Of a stretch of 64,000 nt of DNA, positions 1 to 13,060 are shown piece by piece (position 1 is the first letter of the stretch; every line of letters starts with the position of its first letter). The position numbers were made by a program, and so were the translations under genes. Source of the DNA: Octopus sinensis (Eukaryota); NCBI RefSeq assembly GCF_006345805.1, contig NC_042997.1:108128001-108192000 (forward strand), written 5' to 3'. Below the pieces are notes generated by a model, which did not search any database, had not been told where the DNA came from, and saw only the letters and a program-made list of their open reading frames with translations.

Positions 1-181
1 GAATTTTTGAACTCACCAGAACCACCAGGTACAGCTCCTCATTGTCTTCACCTGACAAAAAGGGATTCCTATTATGCTATTGCATAAATTGTCTCATCCA
101 AGTTGGTCGACCGTTAAGTTCCAAGATCACAGCTAAGGCTGGATTAAGGATCTGTGTTAGGGTTCCGTTATAGCAGGGATA

Positions 182-329
182 ATATTAGAGGAAAAGTCAA
201 AAACCAAGGCAGAACGAGTATCTCATTTAGAATAATTTAATTACGGTAAGAATTCACTTTACCTGAATTAAATAAGTCTAAATTACTTGCGATACTCGTT
301 CTGCCTTGGCTTTGATTTTTCCTCTAATA

Positions 330-330
<1 letters not shown>
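182..330. mobile_element. MITE-like foldback (imperfect palindrome, ~150 bp)
   Basis: ATATTAGAGGAAAAGTCAAAAACCAAGGCAGAACGAGTATC (182-222) is the near reverse complement of GATACTCGTTCTGCCTTGGCTTTGATTTTTCCTCTAATAT (291-330). Inner nested complementarity ATTTAGA/TCTAAAT and TTTAATT/AATTAAA. TSD not resolved. Confidence 0.6.
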
Positions 331-331
<1 letters not shown>

Positions 332-419
<88 letters not shown>

Positions 420-605
420 TTATCCTTCAACCACCGCTTGTTAGTTTGTTTACTTCTTCGTAACATAGCGGTTCGGCAAAAAAGTCCGATGGAATAAGTA
501 CGAGGCTTTAAAAAAAAAAGCACTTAGGTCGATTCATTCGACAAAAAGTTTTCCAAGGAGATACTCCAGCATGGCCGCAGTCGAATCACTGAAACAAGTA
601 ATAAA
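332..605 (+). mobile_element. SINE family B, 3' half (internal (TG)n plus tail)
   Basis: TAGCGGTTCGGCAAAA...GAATAAGTAC...CTCCAGCATGGCCGCAGTC...CTGAAACAAGTA matches the 3' half of the full copy at 10733-11139. Confidence 0.8.
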
Positions 606-994
606 CATATAAAAAAAAAGACAGCTAACAATAGACCGAAAGGGTGATGCTGTACGGGTTAAAGAAGGCAGCAACGCTTCACAGTCGCCAACTCCTGAAC
701 AATATTCAACCCAGTTCTTCGCCTCCAACCAATTTACCAGATTTTTAAATGACTCAAACTTGGCTAAAGTGCTTAAATGGGTTTTTGAGGGGGAGCCGTG
801 GAAGGGGTTGGGGGTGGGAGAATAATTCTTGTAGCGAGTTTTAGTATATGACTAATAATTACATTTTGTAATGATTATGTTGCTTGTTTTTGGTTTTTAG
901 TTTTGCTCATCTTGTTTGTATTCGCAACTAAATGGAGCGGAGAAATCAATATGGAGCGCTGGCCAAATTATCGAACAATACAACAAACTAACAC

Positions 995-1025
995 TATATA
1001 TATATATGTATATATATATGTGTGT

Positions 1026-1058
<33 letters not shown>

Positions 1059-1073
1059 ATATATATACGTATG

Positions 1074-1161
<88 letters not shown>

Positions 1162-1345
1162 ATATATATGTATGTATATACATATATATATATGTATATA
1201 TATGTATGTATATATATATGTATATATATGTATGTATATATGTATATATGTATATATATGTATATATATATTTATGTATATGTATATATATGTATGTATA
1301 TGTATTTATGTCTGTCTGTCTGTCTGTCTGTATGTATGTATATAA
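995..1345. repeat. Compound (TA)n/(TG)n/(TATG)n microsatellite
   Basis: Directly visible; explains the ORFs 903..1511, 916..1371 and 968..1450. Confidence 0.95.
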
Positions 1346-1841
1346 AGGAAACCCTAATTCACTTCTGGTAAAACATTGCGATATTGAAATAAATAATTCA
1401 TTAGAAAAAGGAACAATTGTTGGTGAGAGGGAAGGAGGGGAGGGACGCACAGACGCGTGTCTGACATCAGCTGTGAAATATGTGCGACTTCGGCGGAGTG
1501 AGTGGAGTTGATTGTTTCACACAAACATGGAATTGTTGCAATAAGAGCACGACTTTCAATAATGTTCGCTCTTCAAACACAAGAGGAAGAAATACCAATA
1601 ACTGCGGAAGTAACGCATTCCAGAGATGATATCCGGTTGAAACATCCGTAATTATTAATGAATAACAACAGAATTGATAGAATAATGGACAAAATGTCTC
1701 GTAGTATTTACATTCTGTGTTCGAACCCCACTGAAGCCAACGTTAGCTTTTTATCATTTCCCGGGCCGGCCAAATACTGGAAGACGCAAACGACTTGCCC
1801 CCTCCCCTTAAAATTGCTGGCTCCGGGCTAAAATTCAGAAA

Positions 1842-3605
1842 TTGTTATTATTATTATTCTTTTTATCTCAAGTTTTGTTGGAACTCTTGGATTCTAGCAT
1901 GCGTAGCGGGCTTGCTGCCTGCAGCCTACGGTACCATGCTATCCGTTCTCTTCAACTATTTAATATTTTCCTTATTATTCTGGCCGTGCCAAAGAGGTAA
2001 ATCTTTTGTAATAGTTCTACTGGGAACTCTATCCTAACTTCCTTTATAGTACCCTTAATGCCTTCTGTTACTGTTCCCAAGGACCCAACAATAATTGGCA
2101 CTATCTTCGCCTTCCTCTTTTTCCATAGCCAAGCTATTTCGAACTTAAGAGGGTTGTATTTATCTATTGTTTCGCCTTCCATCTTGACTATTCGTGATTC
2201 AAAGGGGCACGCAGCATCAACTATATAGCACATGTGGTGCATCTTGTCGACCATCAACAGGTCTTGTATGTTATGCTTTAATGCCTGATCTGTTTGGATT
2301 GGAAAATCCCAGAGGATTTTGCTAGTCTCCGACTCTGCCACTCTCTGCAGTCTGTTCTCATACTACGTCTTGCGTCTCTTTAGTCCCTACTTTTCGCACA
2401 GTTTCCAATGAAGCACTTTCACTATCTTATCATGTCGCCAAAATGTGGTTTGGGGCAAGTTTAGGGCATTCGTTCGCGATACGGGCAATGGTTTCGTCCA
2501 CTCTATCACAGATACGGCACAGCGGAGGCACTTGTTCATTCCTAAGGTTGACCCTCCAATTCGTTGCCAAAGCTCGGTCTTGCGCTGCCAGTATAACACT
2601 TTCAGCCTCTTTTTTTTCCGTTTTCCTCTTTTTTTTAGCCCTACCCTACCTATGTTTTCCAGCAACTTCAATTGTGGTTGCATGGAATTGATTGTGCAGT
2701 CCTTGGTTGCGTAACGCTTCTTCATGTCCTTTTTGTTCTTTCTTTGTACTTTTTGTCCTTCTTCCGAGTTTATTGTCGGAATTATGTTTCTGGCATTCGG
2801 CTTTTCCCACTCGCCGCAGTTACACTTTCTTTATCTTTTCCTTCATGTCGTGGTGTTTGATCTCATCTTCCTCGAGTATTCCCAGGTATTTATAGCTGGA
2901 TTGAGGTTGAATTGCCTTCATCATTTCACCACTTGGCAACCATATGCCTTCTGTCCTGACGAGATTTCCTCGTCTCATTACCGTCGTAGCACATCTTGAG
3001 AGTCCAAACTCCATCTTAATATCATTGAGAAAATCCGCACAGACTAAGCCGTCCAGTTCTGCTTCGCTTTTTGTGAACAACTTCAAGTCATCCATGAATA
3101 GCAAGCGGTTCAGTTTTCCCTTACCTCTTCCCAGGTCATACCCCAACTTTGTTTTCTGAAGTATTTCACTCAAGGGGATAATTCCCAGCACAATGATCAG
3201 CGGGGACACACTGTCCCCCTTTAAGATTCCTCTCTTGATTTTCTCCCCTTCCTAATACTTGCTTCCCTGCTTTCAATTCTTTTCTCCACTATTTCATAGT
3301 GTTCCATATAAGGCTTCACACGCTTTCTGCTACTCCATACGTTTCCGTTGTTCTTGTTATCCAGTAGTGTGGTATCATATCGCTTGCTTCACGATAATCA
3401 ATCCATTCCATGCTCAGGTTTGTGTGTCTTCTCTTGCAATTTCTGATAATTAGATTTCCAATAAAGAGCTGATCCTTCGTTCCCCGACTCCTTTTTCGAC
3501 ACCCTCTATGGTCAATAGGTAACAACCCACTTTTTTTCTAAATAGCTATACAGTTCACCCACCAAAGCACCTGACAATAGTTTCCACGTTAGCAGAAGAC
3601 ACGTT
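1842..3605 (-). mobile_element. Decayed R4/Dong-type (RLE) non-LTR retrotransposon: RT, zinc knuckle/RLE region, 3' UTR, (AAT)n tail
   Basis: Minus-strand frames give [60 protein letters not shown] and VPIIVGSLG...GTARIIRKIL. Frameshifted, internally deleted, 5'-truncated; ends in AATAATAATAAT. Confidence 0.9.
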
Positions 3606-3939
3606 TTTAGTTGAAAGGTGGATGCAACGACTGCACAAATATTTCATGATCTGAAAGTTGTCCTAAATAAAATATCCTGTATTAGTTATTTAATGTATTT
3701 ACCGGCATCAGTCCACTTAACACTACAAGTGTAAACCATTTTCGAAAGTGGTTTTGAAAATTTCAAGTTATTTGCCAAGGTTAACAATGCAAGGTCAACA
3801 ACCGGCGGCCAAAACTGGGCCAAAATTCATCAAACAACAATGAATTGCTTACTTTATCCATTCGTTTACCGTCTCGTAACCCACACAGAAAACAATCGCT
3901 GACAAAAATGCAGTTCTTTTTCTCTCTCTCTTCCTTCGT

Positions 3940-4029
<90 letters not shown>

Positions 4030-4519
4030 TATGCACACACACACACTTGTTATTCATTAAATGTATTTCTGTTAACTTAAATGAGTCAGCTTTCGGAATT
4101 TGTGAGTCACTCGCCTGTAGATTGCAACAAAGTACAATAGTCCCTTCGTTGGTCGATCATTAGAATGTAAAGCCCCGCGTTGGTTCCAGAGCCAACAACA
4201 GGAAAGGAAATTAATTGACAATGAGAAGGGAGGCTCGTGGAGTGCGGCTGGCGGAATAGAACCCTTCTATTTTTCCCCATCAATTATTTCCATTGTCTCC
4301 ATAAACCTTTTTCAAAGTTAATAATGTAGATCTTTATCCGAAACAGTTGTCCCAAATGTAATTCCCTGGAACCTTTGCTAACCAAACTCCTCACACCCTA
4401 AGCTTCAAAACAGTGCCACCCATTATAGACCTGATCTAAACCTCCCATTTCCAAAATATTTCAAACCATTAACTGGCAGAAGAGAAAGTTCGACAGGTAT
4501 TGGTTTCAAAATATTGACA

Positions 4520-4712
4520 CGAGGCCAGCAAATTCGGGGGAGGGGTAATTCAATTACATCGACCCTCAGTCCCTGACTACTCCTCACTTTATCTGCCCCA
4601 AAAAGATGAAATGTTAAGTCGCCCTCCACGGAATTTGAATTCAGAACTCAAAGACGGACGAAAAGCCACTCAGCATTTTGTCAGGCCTCCTAGCCATTCT
4701 GCCAGGTCGCCA
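4520..4712 (-). mobile_element. SINE family A (short-tail subtype), diverged
   Basis: Minus strand begins GTGGCGACCTGGCAGAATGGCTAG and has the B-box-like GAATTCAAATTCC; aligns to the family A copies. Confidence 0.75.
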
Positions 4713-5316
4713 CTATCCGCTCTCTACAGATATTAATGTTAGTCAAACTTTGGTATAATTCTTTTATGAAATATAGGTTTCTGGGTTCAATCCCCTCAAG
4801 CCACACCTTTGGCAGGTCTGTTCGAACCTAGCAATGGGTCGATCAAAGTTTTGTGAATCAAACATAAGAGAATTGTGTTCTCAGGGGTTAATGGTGGTGG
4901 GGGTCTATTATTGTCTGATAGACTTAATCCATCCTCCATACATACACACCTGCACCTGGATGTTGGGGGTCTTTTGAAAGCTCCCCCTATTGCAAGCTTT
5001 AAAATAAATTTTCGCTTTCTGGATAATCACCTGTCAGTTTTGGGAACCCAAGAAATTATAACAAACCCAGATCTTCCCTCAGCATCCATAATGGATGCCA
5101 CTAACATGAGAGCCAGAATATTTTCCTGGTTTAATCACATTTGTCAGCTGTCCCTTCATTAACGTTACTGTTTATCCGTCATTTCGATTGGCTTGATGTC
5201 AAAGGATCCAGAGCTAGTCATCCAGCCGGCTATTTCGGATACATACATACATACATACATACATACGTGTATATATAATATATATAATATATATATATAT
5301 ATATTATATATATATA

Positions 5317-5365
<49 letters not shown>

Positions 5366-5379
5366 GTATAGATATATAT

Positions 5380-5422
<43 letters not shown>

Positions 5423-5441
5423 ATATATTATATATATATAA

Positions 5442-5593
5442 AGGGTAAAGGGGTAAAGACCCCCTTCGGTCATGAATGACCATGGGATTGCACCTAAAGT
5501 TACCCTCCTAGACACAAGTCCGGGCAAGGTTGTTTATGGAAAACCAGCAGTCGCCCATGCATACCAGCCTCCCCTCTCCACGCCACCAGTGTG
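5442..5593 (-). mobile_element. SINE family C, 5'-truncated 3' end
   Basis: Near-identical to 9295-9432 (GACCCCCTTCGGTCATGAATGACCATGGGATTGCACC...). Confidence 0.9.
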
Positions 5594-5627
5594 AAATATA
5601 TATATATACATACATACATACGTGTAT

Positions 5628-5658
<31 letters not shown>

Positions 5659-5659
5659 G

Positions 5660-6324
<665 letters not shown>

Positions 6325-6337
6325 TACATACATACAT

Positions 6338-6397
6338 GCTCAGCATGGCCACAGTCAAATGACTGAAACAAGTAAAAGAGTAAAAGAGTAAAGAGTA
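6338..6397 (+). mobile_element. SINE family B 3' tail fragment
   Basis: GCTCAGCATGGCCACAGTCAAATGACTGAAACAAGTAAAAGAGTAAAAGAG after a (GATA)n tract. Confidence 0.75.
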
Positions 6398-6402
6398 ATG
6401 AG

Positions 6403-6609
6403 TATATCGACCGGTTTCGCTTTCGCTATTCATGATATTAAGATTTAATTATTTTAATACGTATTTTCTTATGGCGAAATGTTTTGGTCCATGTATGTAT
6501 GAGTGAATGATTCAAACACTAGAAAACTAAGGGGAGGTAATTGGTTATCGTTATTATTGTTACTACTGTGGGCAGGGGAGATAGTTTTCGGTGGAGTTGG
6601 GGCGGGGAA

Positions 6610-6664
<55 letters not shown>

Positions 6665-7183
6665 AAAAAATTCGAAAACTAGTTTATTGGGGAGATGTAT
6701 GTACTGTGATGTAATCGTGAATTAAGATATGTAAAGAGATCAAAGTTGGTTATGCGTGCATACTTAGACACGTTCTGTATTTTTCAATGAAAAAAGTTTC
6801 TTTATTTAAATGTTCTTGTAGCGTAATTGTATCTTTGCACTGGTAGAAGGGGAAAAACTGTGAAATTTGGTTTAAAGTTACCTGCACATTTCCCTTAGAG
6901 GAATTTGTGTGTATTACGGGAAACACACCTGCTCTTTATGTAGAGTGGTTTTCCGTCTCAAAGTCTGTCCAATATAGGTGTGTCCGCAACCCGAGCAGGT
7001 TATTACATAAATTAGGATCTCAGAGGCACAAGTGAAACTGATTTCAATTGTGAACCTCTCTCCTTGTTTGAAAAGGAAATCCGAGCCTTCAAGTAGGTTG
7101 GGGCATGTTCTTCTTAAGAAAATACGTATTTAAATAATTAAATCTTAATATCATGAATAGCGAAAGCGAAACTGGTCGATATA
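6403..7183. mobile_element. Non-autonomous DNA transposon (~780 bp) with 69-bp terminal inverted repeats
   Basis: 6403-6471 TATATCGACCGGTTTCGCTTTCGCTATTCATGATATTAAGATTTAATTATTTTAATACGTATTTTCTTA matches the reverse complement of 7115-7183 with 2 mismatches. TATA at both outer ends suggests a TA target; no transposase ORF inside. Confidence 0.8.
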
Positions 7184-7254
7184 TTAAAAATGATATAAAA
7201 ATTATGTAAAGTGTGTGTAATTTCTTATATATATATATATATATAATATAATAT

Positions 7255-7343
<89 letters not shown>

Positions 7344-9039
7344 AATATTGATAATAAGGAGAATGAAGAATTCGAACATTCAAAGTTTAAGCTATTTCTA
7401 GTTAGTTCATTCATAATGTTTCGATCGCACGAACTGCATGTTGTTGCGTATTCATGTGCAGCGATTTATGCATTATTAGAAAGCGTATAACTCACGAGAA
7501 TTGAAACTAAAACTAAATCAACATCAAAAGAGAGTTCTCTTCATCAGCTGTTTTAAGTATTAAGTGCAGTTTCGGTTCATTACGACGGGATCACAACCAT
7601 CAGATAGTGCCAGTAGCAACAAGGCAAATGCTACTGATAGATTCCATAAAATGGTGACGGTGTGGACGGAATGGTTATTAATTGTTGTCGTTATCGTTTA
7701 ATGTCTGACAAACTTTGATTTAGTAGATCTTCAATCTAACCCGTCATAGCTATTATCATCCCGTCATTGATTCAGAAACAGTATCTCTAAATCTACGTTC
7801 ATCTATGTGGGTTTCCATTTTAAAGACGGATGGGGGTGATGTGAGGAAGATATGTGTTGCTATTTCCGTTCATTCGATTGAGTCTGTAGAGGTTCCTTCA
7901 TTGACTCAGGATTTGGTGCTGAACTAACTATGTCTTTCCAAACAGAATCGAACATCCTAAACTCCATTAAACAACGACATAAATACAGTCATTATTCTAA
8001 AGAAGTTGGCTTTTAGAGGAGTAAGAAGTTACTAAAGTCATTTACTTGATTCGCTGACAAAAATATCTCAGTGGAAACGATATTCCTGTCCTAAATTTGT
8101 TCTTTTAATGAAGCGCCGTCGCTTTCCTCTTTGTTAAATGCCAAGGTTATACACGTGACACAGTCGTCTGCATTCGTCCAAAAGGAAGTGGAGGTCAAGG
8201 ACACAGCGTCCAGCGTCTCCTTTCCGTATAAACCAAGACATACTTCACCTAAAATTGTAAAGAACAACTGTCGACTAAGCCGATTCTCATTCCCTTTCAC
8301 TGTTCCATCGATGCATGTATTGTGCAGCTAAATTCGCTGTGCCCTACTGGTTGGTCGCAAAAAGCAAGCCCTATTGGAGCAGTTTCGATTCGCACTCGAG
8401 CTGTGACTAATTTCGTATAGCCTTGTATATTTGCGTTTGAAACATTTGACATTCTCTCATTTGTAACATTTCCTTCCCATTCCTTTTCCCGACATGAAAT
8501 GTAACCTAATTCTTCAGTAATGTGACCACATCTTTATTATATTAATCCCACCCCCACCCCACACATCATTGTAAACGGAACTAAATAGATAAGACAATGA
8601 ACTTTATCATTTGTGGCTATTTATATCGCAAACAATTAGGAATCGGCGCAAATTATTGTCTGTCAAAAGAGAGAACAATTGTGAGAAACAACAGCAAACT
8701 CGGGGAAATAGTTGCATGAATACATTCGTGGATCCTAACGTATTCCAAGTCAGACGAAAGTTTGGAACAATGAATGTCTACAGAATGTGTAAAAGTGTGG
8801 GACAAAATGGGTTGTGGCATATACTTATCTTTACATTCTGAGATCGAATCCTACAGGATTGACAGTGTTTTTCATACCTCCTGAGTGGGTTACATAAATT
8901 TATTAAGATATCTGATAAATTCGAGGATATTCTCACTTTCCAATATGTGACCGTGTGTAAATGAATATATATATATATTGAGGTTATAAGAGGTAATGGT
9001 GTCATTGAGACCCCAAAAATGCCTAAAATGTATCTACAA

Positions 9040-9229
9040 CTTAAATATCCCTACATATCTCACATCTGCTTTCTTTCCTCCACCTCACTCTATTTTGTAT
9101 CACATCTAAACTAACTATTGCTTAACCATCCTCTCACACCGTCTCCGATGAAGGGATATAATTAATAAATATCCTGGAAACAGCAGCTGTAAGACCTTCT
9201 ATCTATAAATGTTTTAATATCTACGCAAA

Positions 9230-9235
<6 letters not shown>
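9040..9235 (+). mobile_element. Penelope-like pseudo-LTR fragment
   Basis: Homologous to the minus strand of 5873-6020; contains a complete HHR motif; ends at (TA)n. Confidence 0.6.
9141..9195 (+). ncRNA. Minimal type I hammerhead ribozyme motif (CCGAUGA variant)
   Basis: Stem I GTCT/AGAC, core CCGATGA, stem II AGGGATA/TATCCTG, GAAAC, AGCAGCT, GTA cleavage triplet. Confidence 0.65.
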
Positions 9236-9280
<45 letters not shown>

Positions 9281-9294
9281 GTATATATATATAT

Positions 9295-9613
9295 AAAAGA
9301 CCCCCTTCGGTCATGAATGACCATGGGATTGCACCTAGAAAGTTACCTCCTAGACACAAGTCCGGGCAAGGTTGTTATGGAAGGCCAGCAGTCGCCCATG
9401 CATTCAGCCTCCCCTCTCCACGCCACCAGTGTTATCCAAGGAAAGACAAAGGTCGATACAGCTTGGCACCAGTGACGTCGCAACTCATTTTCTACAGCTG
9501 AGTGAACTGGAGCAACGTGGAATAAGTGCCTTGCTCGAGAACACAACACGCAGCCCGGTCCGGGATTCGAGCTCACAACCTCACGATCGTAAGCTCGACG
9601 CTCTAACCACTGA

Positions 9614-9618
<5 letters not shown>
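9295..9618 (-). mobile_element. SINE family C, full length, tRNA-Arg-like head
   Basis: Minus strand: TGGCTCAGTGGTTAGAGCG (A box), CTTACGATC (ACG anticodon-like loop), GAGCTCGAATCCC (B box). A tRNA-Arg head is consistent with the described octopus OR-type SINEs; exact family name not verified. Confidence 0.9.
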
Positions 9619-9810
<192 letters not shown>

Positions 9811-10732
9811 TGGCGCGAATACGTCAGTCTTGAAAATTTTAAGACTATATTCCGTAGGCATCGATACAGACGCCTCGTGTTATTTGTCTCTCCCAGGTTT
9901 TTTACTGATGAAGTGAACCTATGGTAGATTGGCTTAATTTAATTTAATTAAGCTAATTAATCATTAATGACACAGAAACGTTGCAACGTCTAAAAGATGA
10001 ATTGGGTAAATGTTTTTAAATTTTCACTAATTTCTGAATACTACTACTTGGCAGGTGTGAGTTATGGCTGCTCTTTCTGTGGACGAATGACCTGTTAGGG
10101 TCACTCCTAAATTGTATATATATATATATAAGTCTGTGTGTGTGTGGTGGGAGTATTGTATAACTAATGCAAGCACAATTTTAAATCCTGGACCAAGATT
10201 TCGGTCCATCAGTTCATTATTCAATTATTCACGTTAGCGGAATAAAAAAAGGGGTGGTTTTTAACGGCTTGACCACTGTAAATCAGTGTAGATAGTTTTC
10301 CCTTGTTACACAATAAAGGAATTTTCAAAGAAAGACTTTGACATGTGCTGGCAGTTCGAAAATTAAGACTAATATCAAGGAACAGATCAAAATACTCTCG
10401 CTTAAGTTTTGCAGAGAAACTCCGAACAATTCACTTCTCTTCAGTACACAAACCCAGTCTTAATTAAAAGAAACGAGATAAGGCCAACCTGAAAGAACAT
10501 TCGCAAATTCTTTCTCTGGAATTCCAAAGAGGATCTTTTAACCATTTTTTATTCCTGACAGATAACGGTGGACTTTATACAATTTCCACCACTAAGTGCA
10601 CGATGGGTAGTAAGTCGTTCCGTTCGTGTGTTTTTTTTTTCTAACACACTGATGTGTACAGTAATCTGCAGCATCAATTAAACGGAATCATGGTTTGAAA
10701 CTTTAATCTCGGTTTAAATAAAGAAACATGTA

Positions 10733-11139
10733 GGCGCAGGAGTAGCTGTGTGGTAAGTAGCTTGCTAACCAACCACATGGTTCCGGGTCAGTCCACTGCG
10801 TGGCATCTGGGCAAGTGTCTTCTGCTATAGCCCCGGCCGACCAATGCCTTGTGAGTAGATTTGGTAGACGGAAACTGAAAGAAGCCTGTCGTATATATGT
10901 GGATATATATATATATATGTATGTGTGTGTTTGTGTGTCTGTGTTTGTCCCCCTAGCATTGCTTGACAACCGATGCTGGTGTGTTTACGTCCCCGTCACT
11001 TAGCGGTTCGGCAAAAGAGACCGATAGAATAAGTACTGGGCTTACAAAGAATAAGTCCTGGGGTCGATATGCTCGACTAAAGGCGGTGCTCCAGCATGGC
11101 CGCAGTCAAATGACTAAAACAAGTAAAAGAGTAAAAGAG
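10733..11139 (+). mobile_element. SINE family B, full length (~405 bp) with internal TA/TG microsatellite
   Basis: GGCGCAGGAGTAGCTGTGTGGTAAG head, degenerate B box, CTGGGCAAGTGTCTTCT body, and tail CAAGTAAAAGAGTAAAAGAG. Partial copies at 332, 6338 and 39635. Confidence 0.9.
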
Positions 11140-11759
11140 ATACCAGACTCAACTTGCCGTGTGTGTGTGTGTGTGTGCGTATAAATGTGTATGTATATAT
11201 TGTGCACTTGTGTTGTTTGTGTTACTGTGCATATATGGGTATGTTACTGTGCTTGCCTGTATATGAATCTATATCAATGTAAGAATGTGTATTTGTGTGT
11301 GTGTGTGTATGTCCTAGAGTGTTTGCATTTTCTTGTGTATATAAAAGAGAGAGACAATATGAAAACAGAAAGACAGAATTGAATTAATATTGTCCGTATT
11401 TCCTTAGGCCATTCCGTGTGTTGTGCTACATATAGATCCAACCACGCCCATCATGGTTGATAGCAGTGAAATTTAGAAGAGAGAGAAAATGAAAACTTGT
11501 TTTGAGGTTTTATATTGGAAAATAGGGGAGAGAGGGGAAGATGGGGGAGGAGAATGGTGTCTGATGGACAGTAGAGGAAGGGAGAGTGGGATGGTAGGTG
11601 GTAGGAATACAGGCGTGGTGGAGGGAGGGAAAAAGAGGAAGGGAACAGAAAGGGATTCAGTTTGGCTCCTTCTCATCAAACCGGAAGTTTCTTTATAACC
11701 TGGCTTCTCCACGCTGAATATCTAATTATGTATTTAATGAATGAATGAATAAATAAATA

Positions 11760-12010
11760 ATGGTGGAGGCGGTGGCGATGGTGTTGATGGTGGTGGGGGT
11801 GATGGTGGTGGTGGTGGTGGTGGTGGTGATGGTGGTGGTAATAATGGTGATGATGATGACGACGACGACAGCGACTATGACGACGACGATAATGATGATG
11901 ATGAGGAGGAGGAGGAGGAGGAGGAAGAAGAGGGGAGGAGGAGGAAGCGGAAGAGGAGGAGGAGGAAGAAGAAGAAGAAGAAGAAGAGGGGGAGGAGGAG
12001 GACGACGACG
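11760..12010. repeat. Mosaic trinucleotide tract (GGT/GAT/GAC/GGA/GAA)n
   Basis: Directly visible; produces the poly-S/P/H and poly-V/M/R/G ORFs. Confidence 0.9.
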
Positions 12011-12239
12011 AGGGTAATGACAAAATAAAACCTGTGAAAATTAGTGTTTCTGTTGTGTCAGTGAGAGGAAGAGGAAAGAGGGAAGAGGAGAGAGGGGTAG
12101 AAAGGTGAGTAGGGAAGGAGGTTGAAAGGAGGGGAGGAGGTAAAGATTGAATGAATGAAACGAGAGGATGAATATAAAAGAATGAATTTAAAACAAAAAG
12201 AGATAAATAAAAAAACAGAAAAAAGAAAGAAAAATAGCT

Positions 12240-12279
<40 letters not shown>

Positions 12280-12333
12280 TGTGTGTGTGTGTGTGTGTGC
12301 ATATATTGTACATACACATGCATTCATATAGAT

Positions 12334-12826
12334 ATACTTCGGTTCTGAGATATCCTCAACTGAAAAGGATGTCAGCTAAAGCACGGTCGGTCTGAAACGA
12401 AATGGACGTTGTCTGGAAATAAAGCTTGTCGGACAACCTCAAGAGGAATTTGTTTTTCCGTGCAACAGTAGAGTCAGTCCTTTTATATGAAGCAACAACC
12501 TAGGTGCTTACCAAAAACTGGAATCCAAGCTTGATGGAACTTATACCCAGACGTTAAGAGCAGTCTTAAATGCATCTTGGAGAACTCATCTCACCAAGAA
12601 ACCGCTGTATGGCGATCTCCTGCCTGTTGCCAACATTATAAGGAAAAGGACACTGCTGGCAAGACAAGCAACAGCAGGGCAGTGACCCATTGCTGTGGGT
12701 GCCAAAGTATGGTCATACTCGAGCAGGTCGTCTGTACACAATGTGTGTAGATCAACTTAACAGAAACACTGGTGGTGATGCCGATGACCATAATGATCAA
12801 GATGATGATGATGATGATGATGATGA
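12334..12826 (+). mobile_element. Decayed RTE-group LINE 3' end (post-RT region) with (GAT)n tail
   Basis: Frames give FRATVESVLLY, KLDGTYTQTLRAVLNASWRTHLTKKPLYGDL and LLWVPKYGHTRAGR; stops and frameshifts present. Confidence 0.75.
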
Positions 12827-13011
12827 TTGTGTGTGTGTGTAATAAATTGATGTATTTGTTATTCTATAAACTCATTGAATATTTTGTGGATTTTCAGATA
12901 TTTCTTGGGTAGAATAAATAATTTCTAGTTTACAATTTCATCTGATATCCAATATCTGTTAAGGAGCTTAATACAATAACCATTAGCGATATATACAGCC
13001 ATTAAAATTAA

Positions 13012-13060
<49 letters not shown>

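Noticed and set aside
8091-8400. Possible minus-strand exon and CCAAT-type promoter
   Set aside because: Short frames with no homology; such motifs are expected by chance.
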